Below are positions 12,451 to 21,983 of a stretch of DNA of 64,000 bases, piece by piece. Origin of the DNA: an uncultured Erysipelotrichaceae bacterium (GTDB lineage Bacteria > Bacillota_I > Bacilli_A > Erysipelotrichales > Erysipelotrichaceae). The position numbers and the translations under genes were made by a program. The stretch covers positions 9,053-73,052 of the forward strand of contig CAKUQM010000001.1 in assembly GCA_934675465.1 (NCBI GenBank), read 5' to 3'. The stretch's first letter is position 1, and each line of letters begins with the position of its first letter. The notes beneath the pieces were generated by a model that made no database searches, was not told the origin of the DNA, and saw nothing but the letters and a program-made list of their open reading frames with translations.

Positions 12451-13691
12451 AAGACAAAGTTACCGTCTTTAAAGACAACAACTTCTTGTCCATCATATGT
12501 TTCACCAATAATAGACATATCCTTGCTGCCAAACATAAAGTCAACATGGTTAAGTGAATCGTTACCACCTAATTTTAGTAGTTCTTCACTACTGATTTTT
12601 TCACCATCTTTAACAGTAGTTGGATAACATGCACCAAGTGCTAAGTGACATGATGCATTTTCATCAAATAATGTGTCATAGAATAAGATGCCACTATTTG
12701 AGATAGGACTATCATAAGAAATCAAAGCTACTTCACCTAATGACTTAGACCCTTCATCAGTATCTAAGATAGTCTTTAATACATCTTCATTGTCTTCGGC
12801 TTTATAATCTACAACTTTACCATCTTTGAATGATAATTCAAAAGAAGAGATTAGTTTACCTCCATATGATAAAGGTTTAGTAGAACATACTCTACCATCG
12901 ATGTGGTAACAATCAGGCATTGTGAATACTTCTTCAGTTGGAATATTAGCATTAAACGGTACCTTGTACATACCACTAGCTACTTCTTCTCCACCTTGCC
13001 AGATATGATTTTTGATTAAACCAACTGTTAAATCAGTACCTAGACTGTTCTTAAAATGTAATGACTTAAAGTTATATTCATTTAATAATGCACAGTGTTT
13101 TGCCAACTCATCATCATGTTTCTTCCAATTATTAACTGTTGCACCTACTTTAACACGAGATGTCATTAAAATAGCTTCCCACAACGCATTCATAGCTTCT
13201 TCATCACTTAATTCAGGGAACACCTTTTTAGCCCAATTAAGCTCAGGATAAGCAACAATTGTCCATTGTCCTACTGAATTCATGAAGTAGTATTGATAGT
13301 CGGCTAAAGCCTTCATACGAGCCATTCTAGAGGCCTTGATTTTCTCTTGATCTAAGCCCTTTAATAAGTCTGGATCACTACCAATAATAGCGATACGACA
13401 GTATCCTTCTTCGATTAAACTTGCTGTCTTTTCAACTTGCCACTTAGGGAATTTTTCTAAGTTTTCTAAAGACATATAAGTGTAGTCTAATAAGCTTTTA
13501 GCGTCATCATAATAATCAAAAGAAACCTTGGCAGCACCGCATTTATAGGCTACTTCAGCGCATTTTCTAGCTAATTTATAAGCTTCAACAGGAGCACTAA
13601 TCACTACTGTTTGGCCCTCTTGTACATTAACGCCAGTTTTAACTGCCAAAGCAGCATATTCTTCTAAAATATCTTCTCTAATTTCAAACAT
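12447..13691 (-). CDS. aminopeptidase, M29 (AmpS/PepS) family
   Basis: ORF track 12447-13697. I prefer ATG 13691 (MFEIREDILEEYAALAVKTGVNVQEGQ) because AGGAGG lies 6 nt upstream. Sequence is M29-family-like throughout. Confidence 0.85.
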   Translation of the reverse strand: MFEIREDILEEYAALAVKTGVNVQEGQTVVISAPVEAYKLARKCAEVAYKCGAAKVSFDYYDDAKSLLDYTYMSLENLEKFPKWQVEKTASLIEEGYCRIAIIGSDPDLLKGLDQEKIKASRMARMKALADYQYYFMNSVGQWTIVAYPELNWAKKVFPELSDEEAMNALWEAILMTSRVKVGATVNNWKKHDDELAKHCALLNEYNFKSLHFKNSLGTDLTVGLIKNHIWQGGEEVASGMYKVPFNANIPTEEVFTMPDCYHIDGRVCSTKPLSYGGKLISSFELSFKDGKVVDYKAEDNEDVLKTILDTDEGSKSLGEVALISYDSPISNSGILFYDTLFDENASCHLALGACYPTTVKDGEKISSEELLKLGGNDSLNHVDFMFGSKDMSIIGETYDGQEVVVFKDGNFVF

Positions 13692-13701
13692 ACACACCCT
13701 C

Positions 13702-14358
13702 CTAAATCATATATAAGTATATCGCAAGCCACTGTAAGACACTACCTGCAAGCACAAATACATGGAAAATTGAGTGCATGTATTTTACTTTCTTACCTAA
13801 CCAATAAAGAATGGCACCCAGAGAATAAGAAATACCGCCTGCTAATATTAAATAAAAGGCATTTACTGATGCATTAGCAATTAATGGTCTTACAAAGAAT
13901 AACACACACCAGCCTGATAATAAATGACAGAATACTGATAATTTTGAGTATTTATCTACGTCAATGGCGGTAAAGACGATACCTACAACATTTACCGCAA
14001 AGGCACATAGGAATAAGATCCAACCATAGATACCCTTAACGCCTAATAAAGCAACTGCCGTAATACTACCAAGCACCAATAAATAAACATCACAGTGGTC
14101 AATTACTCTTAAGACCATCTTACCTTTTAGTCTTGGAGATAGACCATGGTAGATACATGAAATGATATATGTAATAAACATAAAGGTTCCATATACTGCC
14201 AAAACCACAAAACATAATGCCGTATTTTTGTCATGAGCCGCTTTTACTATCATCATAACTAGGGCAACAATTGAAAAGATAGCACCTAGGCCATGGGTTA
14301 TTGCGTTTGTTATTTCTTCACCTAATGTATAATCAGGAATTCTAATTTTTTTAGCCAT
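13702..14358 (-). CDS. hemolysin III / PAQR-family membrane protein (TrhA-like)
   Basis: 218 aa, 7 TM, with an ITHGLGAIFSIVAL motif. Confidence 0.85.
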   Translation of the reverse strand: MAKKIRIPDYTLGEEITNAITHGLGAIFSIVALVMMIVKAAHDKNTALCFVVLAVYGTFMFITYIISCIYHGLSPRLKGKMVLRVIDHCDVYLLVLGSITAVALLGVKGIYGWILFLCAFAVNVVGIVFTAIDVDKYSKLSVFCHLLSGWCVLFFVRPLIANASVNAFYLILAGGISYSLGAILYWLGKKVKYMHSIFHVFVLAGSVLQWLAIYLYMI

Positions 14359-14412
14359 AAAAGACCTCCATATATTGTTATTGTATATAAAAAATTTATT
14401 TTTGTTTTAAAT

Positions 14413-14458
14413 AAAAACCCTTTTTGGCTACTTATCTAAAATTGACCAAAAAGGGTTT
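14413..14458 (-). terminator. intrinsic terminator after argS
   Basis: AAACCCTTTTTGG ... CCAAAAAGGGTTT stem, followed on the minus strand by TTTTATTT. Confidence 0.75.
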
Positions 14459-14492
14459 AATACACAATTAATAATTTAATTAAAAATTATGA

Positions 14493-16133
14493 TTACATCT
14501 TTTCAGGAGCATCGATACCTAATAATTCTAAACAATTCTTTAGAGTAATCTTAGTAGCTTCTAATAGACATAAACGTTCATTCATTAATTCAGGTTGAGT
14601 TTCATCAATAACTTTGCAAGAACCATAGAATGAATGGAAGTAACCAGCAAGCTTTTGAGCATAGTTACATAACTTGTTAGGACTTCTATGTACAGCACAA
14701 TCATTTACTGTATCAGTAAATTCGTTGATATGCTTTAATAAGTCAGTTTCCTTAGCAGTATTTAGTAAAGTATATTCAGCTTGTCTATGGTACTTTGGAG
14801 CATTCTTAAGAATTGAACAAATTCTAGCATAAGCATATTGTACATAATATACTGGGTTATCATTTGTTTGTGATCTAGCTAAACCTAAGTCAAAGTCAAA
14901 TTGAGTATCTAGTGCTCTACATAAGAAGAAATATCTTGCTGCATCAACACCAACATCATCACATAATTCTCTGATAGTTACAGCGTTACCTGTACGCTTG
15001 CTCATCTTAACTTCTTCACCGTTTTCAACAAGTCTTACCATTTGAATTAGGTCTACTTCTAAAGTGCCCTTAGGATAACCTAAAGCAGTTAGAGCAGCTT
15101 GCATACGAGGAATATAACCATGGTGGTCAGCACCCCAAAGGTTAATAAGCTTGTTGTAGCCTCTTTCAACCTTATAAATGTGGTTAGCAATATCTGGTGT
15201 TAAGTATGTATAGAAACCATTTTGTTTTCTTAATACACGGTTCTTATCATCACCAAATTCAGTAGACTTGAACCATAAAGCTCCGTCTTCTTCATAAGTT
15301 AGGCCCATTTCTTCCATCTTAGCAACAGCCTTAGTTACACGATCCTCAGCAACTAACTTAGCTTCTGAAATCCAAGAATCGAATTCGCAACGATAGTATT
15401 CAAGGTCTAAACGGATTCTTTCCATTTCTAAACGTTCGCCTTCTTCTTTAAAGTAAGCTAACATTTCTTCTCTTGGTGCATGTAACCACTTGTCGCCATC
15501 AGCTTCTCTGATTTTTAAAGCAACATTCTTAACGTCTTCACCTTGGTAACCATCTTCTGGAATTTCAAAGTCAAGACCATAACTTTCTCTATAACGAGCT
15601 TCAATTGATAAAGCTAGCATGTCCATTTGGTTACCAGCATCATTGATGTAGTATTCTCTTAATGGATCAAAACCAGCAAACTTCATAATACGAGCAGTTG
15701 AATCACCCCAAGCAGCACCACGTGCATGTCCTAAGTGAAGAATACCAGTAGGGTTAGCACTAACATACTCGATTAAGTATTTCTCGCCCTTACCGAAATC
15801 GCTCTTACCATAATCTTCGCCTTTATCAAATACTGTGTTAATTACATCTGCAATAGCACCTTTCTTCATCCAGAAATTGATAAAACCAGGCATCGCAACT
15901 TCAACATGATCAATAACATCATCAGTTAGGTTTTCCTTTAATTCGTTGGCAATATCGAATGGTTTCTTCTTTAATAACTTTGCTAAACGCATAGCGATGT
16001 TACTAGAGTAGTCACCGTTGGCATTGTCACGAGGAATTTCAACCATAACTAATCCTTCTACTGAATCAAGGTCGAATGTCTTTTTTACTGCGTCACTAAT
16101 AACGCTTACTAATTTAGTCTCTATCTTATTCAT
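14493..16133 (-). CDS. argS: arginine--tRNA ligase
   Basis: 546 aa. Class I HIGH-type motif (PTGILHLGH) and KMSKR (MSKRTGN). Confidence 0.95.
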   Translation of the reverse strand: MNKIETKLVSVISDAVKKTFDLDSVEGLVMVEIPRDNANGDYSSNIAMRLAKLLKKKPFDIANELKENLTDDVIDHVEVAMPGFINFWMKKGAIADVINTVFDKGEDYGKSDFGKGEKYLIEYVSANPTGILHLGHARGAAWGDSTARIMKFAGFDPLREYYINDAGNQMDMLALSIEARYRESYGLDFEIPEDGYQGEDVKNVALKIREADGDKWLHAPREEMLAYFKEEGERLEMERIRLDLEYYRCEFDSWISEAKLVAEDRVTKAVAKMEEMGLTYEEDGALWFKSTEFGDDKNRVLRKQNGFYTYLTPDIANHIYKVERGYNKLINLWGADHHGYIPRMQAALTALGYPKGTLEVDLIQMVRLVENGEEVKMSKRTGNAVTIRELCDDVGVDAARYFFLCRALDTQFDFDLGLARSQTNDNPVYYVQYAYARICSILKNAPKYHRQAEYTLLNTAKETDLLKHINEFTDTVNDCAVHRSPNKLCNYAQKLAGYFHSFYGSCKVIDETQPELMNERLCLLEATKITLKNCLELLGIDAPEKM

Positions 16134-16240
16134 ACTTAAGATAATATCATAATCATTTTTTATTGTTAAGTGAAAATTGTCCGCATAAATAAAGCATTAT
16201 ATAGATATTTGTCTTCTTTAGCACTTTTTTATCATTCCAT

Positions 16241-16271
16241 AAGAAAAGGCCTTCGATTAAGAAGACCTTTT
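16241..16271 (-). terminator. intrinsic terminator after the arc operon
   Basis: AAAAGGTCTTC-ttaatc-GAAGGCCTTTT on the minus strand, followed by CTTAT. Confidence 0.65.
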
Positions 16272-16315
16272 ACAATTTTTTTAATAATTAGGAAATTTCA
16301 ATTTTTAATGAATGA

Positions 16316-17731
16316 TTACATTACTAACATTGCAACTGTTAGGATTACAGCTGAAGATAACATAATCATTAAGATACAGTTACGTACCCACTTTAACCAA
16401 GTGCTATATTCAACCTTAGCGATTGATAGACCACCCATAACAACACCAGAAGTTGGAGTGAATAGGTTGATAACACCTGAAGCAGCAGAGAAGATCATTA
16501 CCATTACAGCTGGGTTGAAACCGATTTGAGCAGTTAGAGGACCCATGATACCCATAGAAGCACTTGCTAAACCAGAAGTTGATGGGATCAAGAATGATAA
16601 TAATAAGTATAGTAAGTAAGATAGTGGAGCATAAACGAATGCTGGAACACCTCTTAAGAAGTTAGCAGAAGATTGTAGGATAACTTCACCTAAACCAGTA
16701 GAGAATAGGATTACAGAAGCACCACGAGCAACTGCGATAATTAATACTACAGAAATGATATCAGCAGAACCAGCGATGAAAGCATCAACAATACCCTTTT
16801 CATCAAGACCACCGATTAAACCGATAACGATAGCACTCATGAAGAACCACATTGCTAAGTGACCAAACCACCAGAAGCCTAGAGGGTCACCAGTTAAGAA
16901 TGCAGACCAACCGAATACAGCTTCATGCCATTCTTCACCGAATAAACCATCCCAAGGGATAACTGATAGAATCATTACTACGAATGTTAATGCGAATACT
17001 ACAAGAACAGCTTTTTGCTTACCAGATAACTTTTCATCTTCAGAAGTATCACCTTGAGCATAGTGTTCCATCATAGCTTCAGTTTCACCAGCAGATAAGA
17101 TAGAACCCTTTTCGTTTTGAACTTTCTTAGCATACTTCATAACATAAGTTACAGAAATTGCATAAGAAACAACTAATAAGATAATACCTAGTAACATTAC
17201 ATTACCTTGGTTTACTTCAACACCAGTAGCTACGATAGCATCAGAAGCGATACCTGTAGCGAATGGGTTAACAGTTGAACCTAGACAACCGATACCAGCA
17301 CCTAATAAGATAGTTGCAGCACCAACGATTGTGTCGAAACCAGCAGCAACCATTGTTGCACAAATTAGAGCATAGAAACCTACAGTTTCTTCACACATAC
17401 CGTATGTAGAACCACAGATTGCGAATACAGCCATCAAAATTGGAATAATTCTGATTTCTTTACCCTTTAGTTTCTTAACAAGTACACGGATACCTGTGTC
17501 TAATGCGCCAGTCTTTGTAACTACGTTTAAGAAGCCACCTAACACTAGAACGAAGACACATACTTCAATTGCATCTTGGAAACCATTAAATGGTGCCATA
17601 ACAACGTCTGCTAATGTAGCAGGATTCTCAACTCCAGGAACAAAGTGAGAAATAATTGCTAATGCAATGATGATTAGTAGAAGGATACTAAATGATGTAA
17701 TACCACCCTTCTTTTTTTTCTTTTCAGACAT
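16316..17731 (-). CDS. YfcC/DcuC-family membrane carrier, putative arginine/ornithine antiporter of the ADI operon
   Basis: 471 aa, polytopic, YfcC-like. It is the last gene of the arcABC operon. The function is inferred from context only. Confidence 0.7.
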   Translation of the reverse strand: MSEKKKKKGGITSFSILLLIIIALAIISHFVPGVENPATLADVVMAPFNGFQDAIEVCVFVLVLGGFLNVVTKTGALDTGIRVLVKKLKGKEIRIIPILMAVFAICGSTYGMCEETVGFYALICATMVAAGFDTIVGAATILLGAGIGCLGSTVNPFATGIASDAIVATGVEVNQGNVMLLGIILLVVSYAISVTYVMKYAKKVQNEKGSILSAGETEAMMEHYAQGDTSEDEKLSGKQKAVLVVFALTFVVMILSVIPWDGLFGEEWHEAVFGWSAFLTGDPLGFWWFGHLAMWFFMSAIVIGLIGGLDEKGIVDAFIAGSADIISVVLIIAVARGASVILFSTGLGEVILQSSANFLRGVPAFVYAPLSYLLYLLLSFLIPSTSGLASASMGIMGPLTAQIGFNPAVMVMIFSAASGVINLFTPTSGVVMGGLSIAKVEYSTWLKWVRNCILMIMLSSAVILTVAMLVM

Positions 17732-17757
17732 ATTTTCCCCTCCTTATATCTAAAAGA

Positions 17758-18696
17758 TTATTTATGAATTACAGTACCAGTCTCGCCCTTTAATGCAGCC
17801 TTCGCTTTTTCAAGAGAAGTGATTAGAGCTTGACCGTTTTCTGTATTTTCAACATATTCAAGACAAGCTTCTACTTTTGGTAGCATACTACCAGGGGCGA
17901 AGTGTCCTTCTGAAATATATTGTTTAGCTTCAGCTACAGTCATTTCAGCTAAAGCTTTTTGGTCAGGTTTATTAAAGTTGATGCAAACGCGATCAACAGC
18001 TGTTAAAATTACAAGCATATCTGCATGTAAATCTAAAGCAAGTTTTGATGATGCTCTATCCTTATCGATAACTGATGCAACACCTTCGTATCCATCATCA
18101 GATTCAACAACTGGGATACCACCACCACCAACAGTAACAGTTACGAAACCTGCTTCTGTTAGCTTTTCAACTACATCTAATTCAACAATTCTAACTGGTT
18201 TTGGAGAAGGTACAACTCTACGCCATCCTCTACCAGCATCTTCCTTAAAGATGTAACCTTTTTCAGCCATGATAGCTTTTGCATCTTCTTCAGAATAGAA
18301 AGCACCAATTGGCTTAGTAGGATTTTCGAATGCCTTATCGTTCTTATCAACGACAACTTGTGTAACCACTGTTACACATTCTCTATTTAAGTGACGCTTA
18401 TTTAATTCACGTCCAATTGCTTGTTGCAAATGATAACCAATGTAGCCTTGAGTCATAGCACCACATTCTGGGAATGGCATAGCTGGAGTCTTACCACCGT
18501 TGTTAGCAGAATATTCCATAGCTAAGTTAATCATACCAACTTGTGGACCATTACCGTGACCTACGATAACATCGTATCCTTCTTCGACTAAGTCTACGAT
18601 TGTTGTAGCAGTGTTCTTAACAAGAGCTAATTGCTCTTCAGGGGTATTGCCTAAAGCATTACCCCCAAGAGCGATTACTAATCTTTTTTTAGCCAT
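17758..18696 (-). CDS. arcC: carbamate kinase
   Basis: 312 aa. Starts RLVIALGGNAL ... GHGNGPQVG. Confidence 0.95.
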   Translation of the reverse strand: MAKKRLVIALGGNALGNTPEEQLALVKNTATTIVDLVEEGYDVIVGHGNGPQVGMINLAMEYSANNGGKTPAMPFPECGAMTQGYIGYHLQQAIGRELNKRHLNRECVTVVTQVVVDKNDKAFENPTKPIGAFYSEEDAKAIMAEKGYIFKEDAGRGWRRVVPSPKPVRIVELDVVEKLTEAGFVTVTVGGGGIPVVESDDGYEGVASVIDKDRASSKLALDLHADMLVILTAVDRVCINFNKPDQKALAEMTVAEAKQYISEGHFAPGSMLPKVEACLEYVENTENGQALITSLEKAKAALKGETGTVIHK

Positions 18697-18698
18697 TA

Positions 18699-19691
18699 TT
18701 ATTTAAGAGTTGCATACATAACAGCCTTGATTGTATGCATTCTGTTTTCAGCTTCGTCGAAGACCTTAGATTGTTTAGATTCAAATACTTCATCTGAAAC
18801 TTCCATCTCTGTCAAGCCGAACTTGTCATAGATATCCTTACCGATTGTAGTCTTTAAGTCATGGAATGAAGGTAAGCAGTGCATGAAGATAGCTTCTGGA
18901 TCTGCATTAGCCATAACCTTAGCATTAACTTGATAAGGAGATAATAACTTAATTCTTTCTTCCCAAACTGAATCAGGTTCACCCATTGATACCCAAATAT
19001 CAGTATAGATTACATGAGCGCCCTTAGTTGCAGCTTCAACGTCTTCAGTTAATGTAACTGTAGAACCATGTTCAGCAGCAATCTTCTTGCATTCTTCAAC
19101 AAGTTCAGGGTGAGGCATTTGCTTAGCTGGACCACAAGCAGTGAAGTTTACACCTAACTTAGCACAAACAACCATTAATGAGTTACCAACGTTGTTACCA
19201 GCATCACCCATGAATACAAAGTTTAAGCCCTTTAATCTACCGAAGTTTTCTTCGATTGTTAACATATCAGCTAACATTTGAGTTGGGTGGAATTCAGTTG
19301 TTAAACCGTTCCAAACTGGTACACCAGCGTTTTCAGCTAATTCTTCTACGATGCTTTGAGCGAAACCACGGTATTCGATACCATCGTACATTCTACCTAA
19401 TACTCTAGCAGTATCTTCGATAGATTCTTTCTTACCCATTTGAGAAGAACCTGGATCTAGGTAAGTTACACCCATACCTAAGTCACGTCCTGCAACTTCG
19501 AATGAACATCTAGTTCTAGTTGAAGTCTTTTCGAACAATAATACGATGTTCTTACCTGCAAGATACTTATGAGGTGTGTTAGTTAATTTTAAGTTTTTGA
19601 ATTCTTTTGATAATTTAATTAGATATTCGATTTCTTCTGTAGTGAAATCTAGCAATTTTAAGAAATTGCGTCCGCTTAAGCTTACTGGCAT
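18699..19691 (-). CDS. arcB: ornithine carbamoyltransferase (catabolic)
   Basis: 330 aa. [13 protein letters not shown] and HCLP motifs. Confidence 0.95.
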   Translation of the reverse strand: MPVSLSGRNFLKLLDFTTEEIEYLIKLSKEFKNLKLTNTPHKYLAGKNIVLLFEKTSTRTRCSFEVAGRDLGMGVTYLDPGSSQMGKKESIEDTARVLGRMYDGIEYRGFAQSIVEELAENAGVPVWNGLTTEFHPTQMLADMLTIEENFGRLKGLNFVFMGDAGNNVGNSLMVVCAKLGVNFTACGPAKQMPHPELVEECKKIAAEHGSTVTLTEDVEAATKGAHVIYTDIWVSMGEPDSVWEERIKLLSPYQVNAKVMANADPEAIFMHCLPSFHDLKTTIGKDIYDKFGLTEMEVSDEVFESKQSKVFDEAENRMHTIKAVMYATLK

Positions 19692-19737
19692 AATTTAATC
19701 TCCTTTAAATAATAATAATGTTTTAATAAATTTTTAA

Positions 19738-20964
19738 TTAGTCCTCACGGATTAGAGGCATTGACATACATCTAGGGCCTCCACGTCCTCTTGATAATTC
19801 AGCACTTGGCATAGTCAATACCTTTAAGCCATAGTTACGTAATACTTCGTTGGTTACGTCGTTTCTTTCATAACATACGATAACACCTGGAGCGATACAT
19901 AATGTGTTAGAACCATCATTCCATTGTTCTCTATCAGCTGCGATTGGATCACCACCACCACATTGGATTAGAGTAACCTTTTCAACACCTAATGCTTCTG
20001 CTAGAACTGTTTCTAGTTCAGTAGTCATCTTTTCAACCTTGATAGTACCTTCAGCTTCACCCTTTGTGATCTTGAATACTTCTAGAGGTCCTAGGATACC
20101 TGGGTGGATAGTGAACTTATCAACATCGATTTGTGTAAATACTGTATCTAAGTGCATGAATGCTCTTGATACTGGGATATTGAATGCTAAGATAGTTTCA
20201 ATCTTGCAATCAGGATTAGCAAATACCTTATGAGCAAATAGATCGATTGCATCTGGTTCTGTACGTTGAGAGATACCGATAGCTAATGTAGTTTCATTTA
20301 AGTTAAGGATATCGCCACCTTCGATGTGGAATGGATCATATCTGTCATACCACTTGCTTACAAGACCCTTGAAATCTGGATGGTAATCGAATACATATTC
20401 AGCATAGATTGTTTCTCTGTTTCTTGTTTCAGAGTACATCTTGTTTAGAGATACACCATCACCAACTGAACCAAATGGGTCACGAGTGAAGTATAGGTTT
20501 GGCATTGGTTTAACAAGCATCTTGTTACCGCCATCAACTAAATCAACTAAAGAGTTGTTAACATCATAATCGATTTCAGCAAGGTTAACACCTTCCATAG
20601 TCTTTAATACTAATTCCTTATTGTCTTCAATCTTGTTATAGAAATCGAACAACAATTTGTGCCAATGTTCAGTCTTGATGTTAGCTTCGCTAATGAATTG
20701 GTGTAAGAACTTTTCCCTTACAGCTGGATCAGCATCAAATACTTCAGCAACTAAATCTTCTAGGTAAACTACTTCAACGCCATTGTCCCTTAAAATTTTA
20801 GCAAATGCATCGTGTTCTTCTTGAGCAACCTTTAAGAATGGAATATCGTCGAATAATAATTCGCCAAGTGTATCTGGTGTAAGATTTAATAATTCTTTAC
20901 CAGGTCTGTGTAATAATACTTTTTTTAGTGGTTTAATTTCACTAGTTACATGAATACCTTTCAT
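19738..20964 (-). CDS. arcA: arginine deiminase
   Basis: ORF track gives 19738-21006. I prefer ATG 20964 (MKGIHVTSEIKPLKKVLLHRPG), which matches the usual ArcA N-terminus and has GAGAGG upstream. The catalytic Cys context is GGPRCMSMPL. Confidence 0.9.
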   Translation of the reverse strand: MKGIHVTSEIKPLKKVLLHRPGKELLNLTPDTLGELLFDDIPFLKVAQEEHDAFAKILRDNGVEVVYLEDLVAEVFDADPAVREKFLHQFISEANIKTEHWHKLLFDFYNKIEDNKELVLKTMEGVNLAEIDYDVNNSLVDLVDGGNKMLVKPMPNLYFTRDPFGSVGDGVSLNKMYSETRNRETIYAEYVFDYHPDFKGLVSKWYDRYDPFHIEGGDILNLNETTLAIGISQRTEPDAIDLFAHKVFANPDCKIETILAFNIPVSRAFMHLDTVFTQIDVDKFTIHPGILGPLEVFKITKGEAEGTIKVEKMTTELETVLAEALGVEKVTLIQCGGGDPIAADREQWNDGSNTLCIAPGVIVCYERNDVTNEVLRNYGLKVLTMPSAELSRGRGGPRCMSMPLIRED

Positions 20965-21087
20965 ATTAATTTTTTTACCTCTCACTATTCTTTTTTTGAA
21001 AATCATTGCGTCGGGTGTTAAGCGCTAGCGCCCTATGCTACAAAATATAATGTTCGCGACCAATATATCTTGTTATTTCCTTTTTTA

Positions 21088-21158
21088 TAAAAAAAGCACA
21101 TCGACTTATAGGAAATCCGTTAAAAGTTATAGAATTACTTTCCTAAATATCGTGTGCT
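21088..21158 (-). terminator. terminator-like long hairpin plus U7 inside the arcA 5' leader
   Basis: Minus strand: AGCACA-CGA-tatt-TAGGAAA ... TTTCCTA-taag-TCG-a-TGTGCT followed by TTTTTTTAT. It lies about 125 nt upstream of the arcA ATG. Confidence 0.55.
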
Positions 21159-21200
21159 GTTTTTAGCTATTTCGTGTAAATAAATACGCCTGTTCCTCAT
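21135..21200 (-). CDS. candidate 21-codon Arg-rich leader peptide (MRNRRIYLHEIAKNSTRYLGK)
   Basis: Hand-found: ATG 21200-21198 to TAA 21137-21135. There is no SD, and the ATG lies 8-9 nt after the -10 box, so it may be leaderless. Arg codons are AGG, AGG, CGT, CGA. The ORF reads through the 5' arm of the leader terminator. Confidence 0.3.
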   Translation of the reverse strand: MRNRRIYLHEIAKNSTRYLGK

Positions 21201-21208
21201 ATGTCTAT

Positions 21209-21236
21209 ATAATACCATTCCATTAAATTTTTGCAA
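21209..21236 (-). promoter_or_regulatory. sigma-A type promoter of the arc operon
   Basis: TTGCAA (21236-21231), 16-nt spacer, TGgTATTAT extended -10 (21217-21209). Confidence 0.55.
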
Positions 21237-21572
21237 GCGTTTACATTAAACTTTTTTACTAAAGAATTCTTGCTAAAAATCCCTATTTTTTAACAATATT
21301 CAAAAAATGCCCTAAAAATGAATATTAAAATCCTATCAACTTGTTCAAATAAGTGAAAAAAAATATTTTTAAATTTTTTTTAAAAAATTATTCACTTTTA
21401 AATATACATTTTTTTGTACTGATTTATAGTATTTTTTACTTAGACTTTATTTTTCGTATTTTACTTTTGTTTAACAAAACAAATGGATCACTAACAAAAA
21501 TATAAGTCCATACATACAATATTTTGCTTGTTAGTACTAAGCCAACTTTTGTCTAGAAAAGTAAAAAATCTA

Positions 21573-21601
21573 TTGAAATTTATCAATCACTATAGTAATA
21601 T
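21573..21601 (+). promoter_or_regulatory. promoter of tRNA-Arg copy 1
   Basis: TTGAAA - 17 nt - TAATAT, ending 19 nt upstream of the tRNA. Confidence 0.6.
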
Positions 21602-21620
21602 AGATATGCGTTAAGGAAAT

Positions 21621-21696
21621 GTCCTCGTAGCTCAGTGGATAGAGCATTCGCCTTCTAAGCGAACGGTCGGGCGTTCGAATCGCCCCGTGGACGCCA
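21621..21696 (+). tRNA. tRNA-Arg (anticodon TCT), CCA encoded
   Basis: Hand-folded cloverleaf: acceptor GTCCTCG/CGTGGAC (one T-T mismatch), D arm GCTC-AGTGGATA-GAGC, anticodon arm TTCGC-CTTCTAA-GCGAA, T arm GGGCG-TTCGAAT-CGCCC, then G-CCA. Confidence 0.9.
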
Positions 21697-21708
21697 CTTA
21701 TTAAATTA

Positions 21709-21731
21709 ATACCCAATTGGGTATTTTTTTT
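21709..21731 (+). terminator. terminator after tRNA-Arg copy 1
   Basis: ATACCC-aatt-GGGTAT followed by T8. Confidence 0.7.
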
Positions 21732-21787
21732 ATACTATTTAACTTGTGCATCATCAATAAACAATTTAAGATTTTTGTAAATATATA

Positions 21788-21816
21788 TTGAAATATGTTG
21801 CCACATTTGGTATATT
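21788..21816 (+). promoter_or_regulatory. promoter of tRNA-Arg copy 2
   Basis: TTGAAA - 17 nt - TATATT with an upstream TGg (extended -10). Confidence 0.6.
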
Positions 21817-21833
21817 AATTGAGTACACAAAAT

Positions 21834-21909
21834 GTCCTCGTAGCTCAGTGGATAGAGCATTCGCCTTCTAAGCGAACGGTCGGGCGTTCGAATCGCCCCG
21901 TGGACGCCA
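21834..21909 (+). tRNA. tRNA-Arg (anticodon TCT), second identical copy
   Basis: 76/76 identical to 21621-21696. Confidence 0.9.
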
Positions 21910-21921
21910 CTTATAAAATTA

Positions 21922-21943
21922 ATACCCATTAGGGTATTTTTTT
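21922..21943 (+). terminator. terminator after tRNA-Arg copy 2
   Basis: ATACCC-atta-GGGTAT followed by T7. Confidence 0.7.
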
Positions 21944-21960
21944 ATGCTTACAAATTAAAA

Positions 21961-21983
21961 AAGCTATTCATTACAAATAGCTT
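21961..21983 (-). terminator. terminator after the J-domain gene
   Basis: AAGCTATT-n7-AATAGCTT, followed on the minus strand by TTTTTAATTT. It overlaps the stop codon. Confidence 0.6.

Noticed and set aside
16134-16315. T-box leader upstream of argS.
   Set aside because: The gap is mostly taken up by the arc operon terminator. The remaining ~100 nt lack the T-box sequence, a specifier-loop architecture and a terminator/antiterminator pair.
21300-21420. ARG-box-like TGAATATTAAAATC / TGAATAATTTTTTA and an AAGTGAA...TTCACTT inverted repeat in the AT-rich arc/tRNA intergenic region.
   Set aside because: Such matches are expected by chance in 85-90% AT sequence. They also lie 100-200 bp upstream of the predicted arc promoter. 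I noted them but did not call them.
21735-21929. ORF-track entry, 64 aa on the minus strand.
   Set aside because: It is antisense to the second tRNA-Arg gene and its promoter and terminator. It is an artefact of the GC-rich tRNA sequence.
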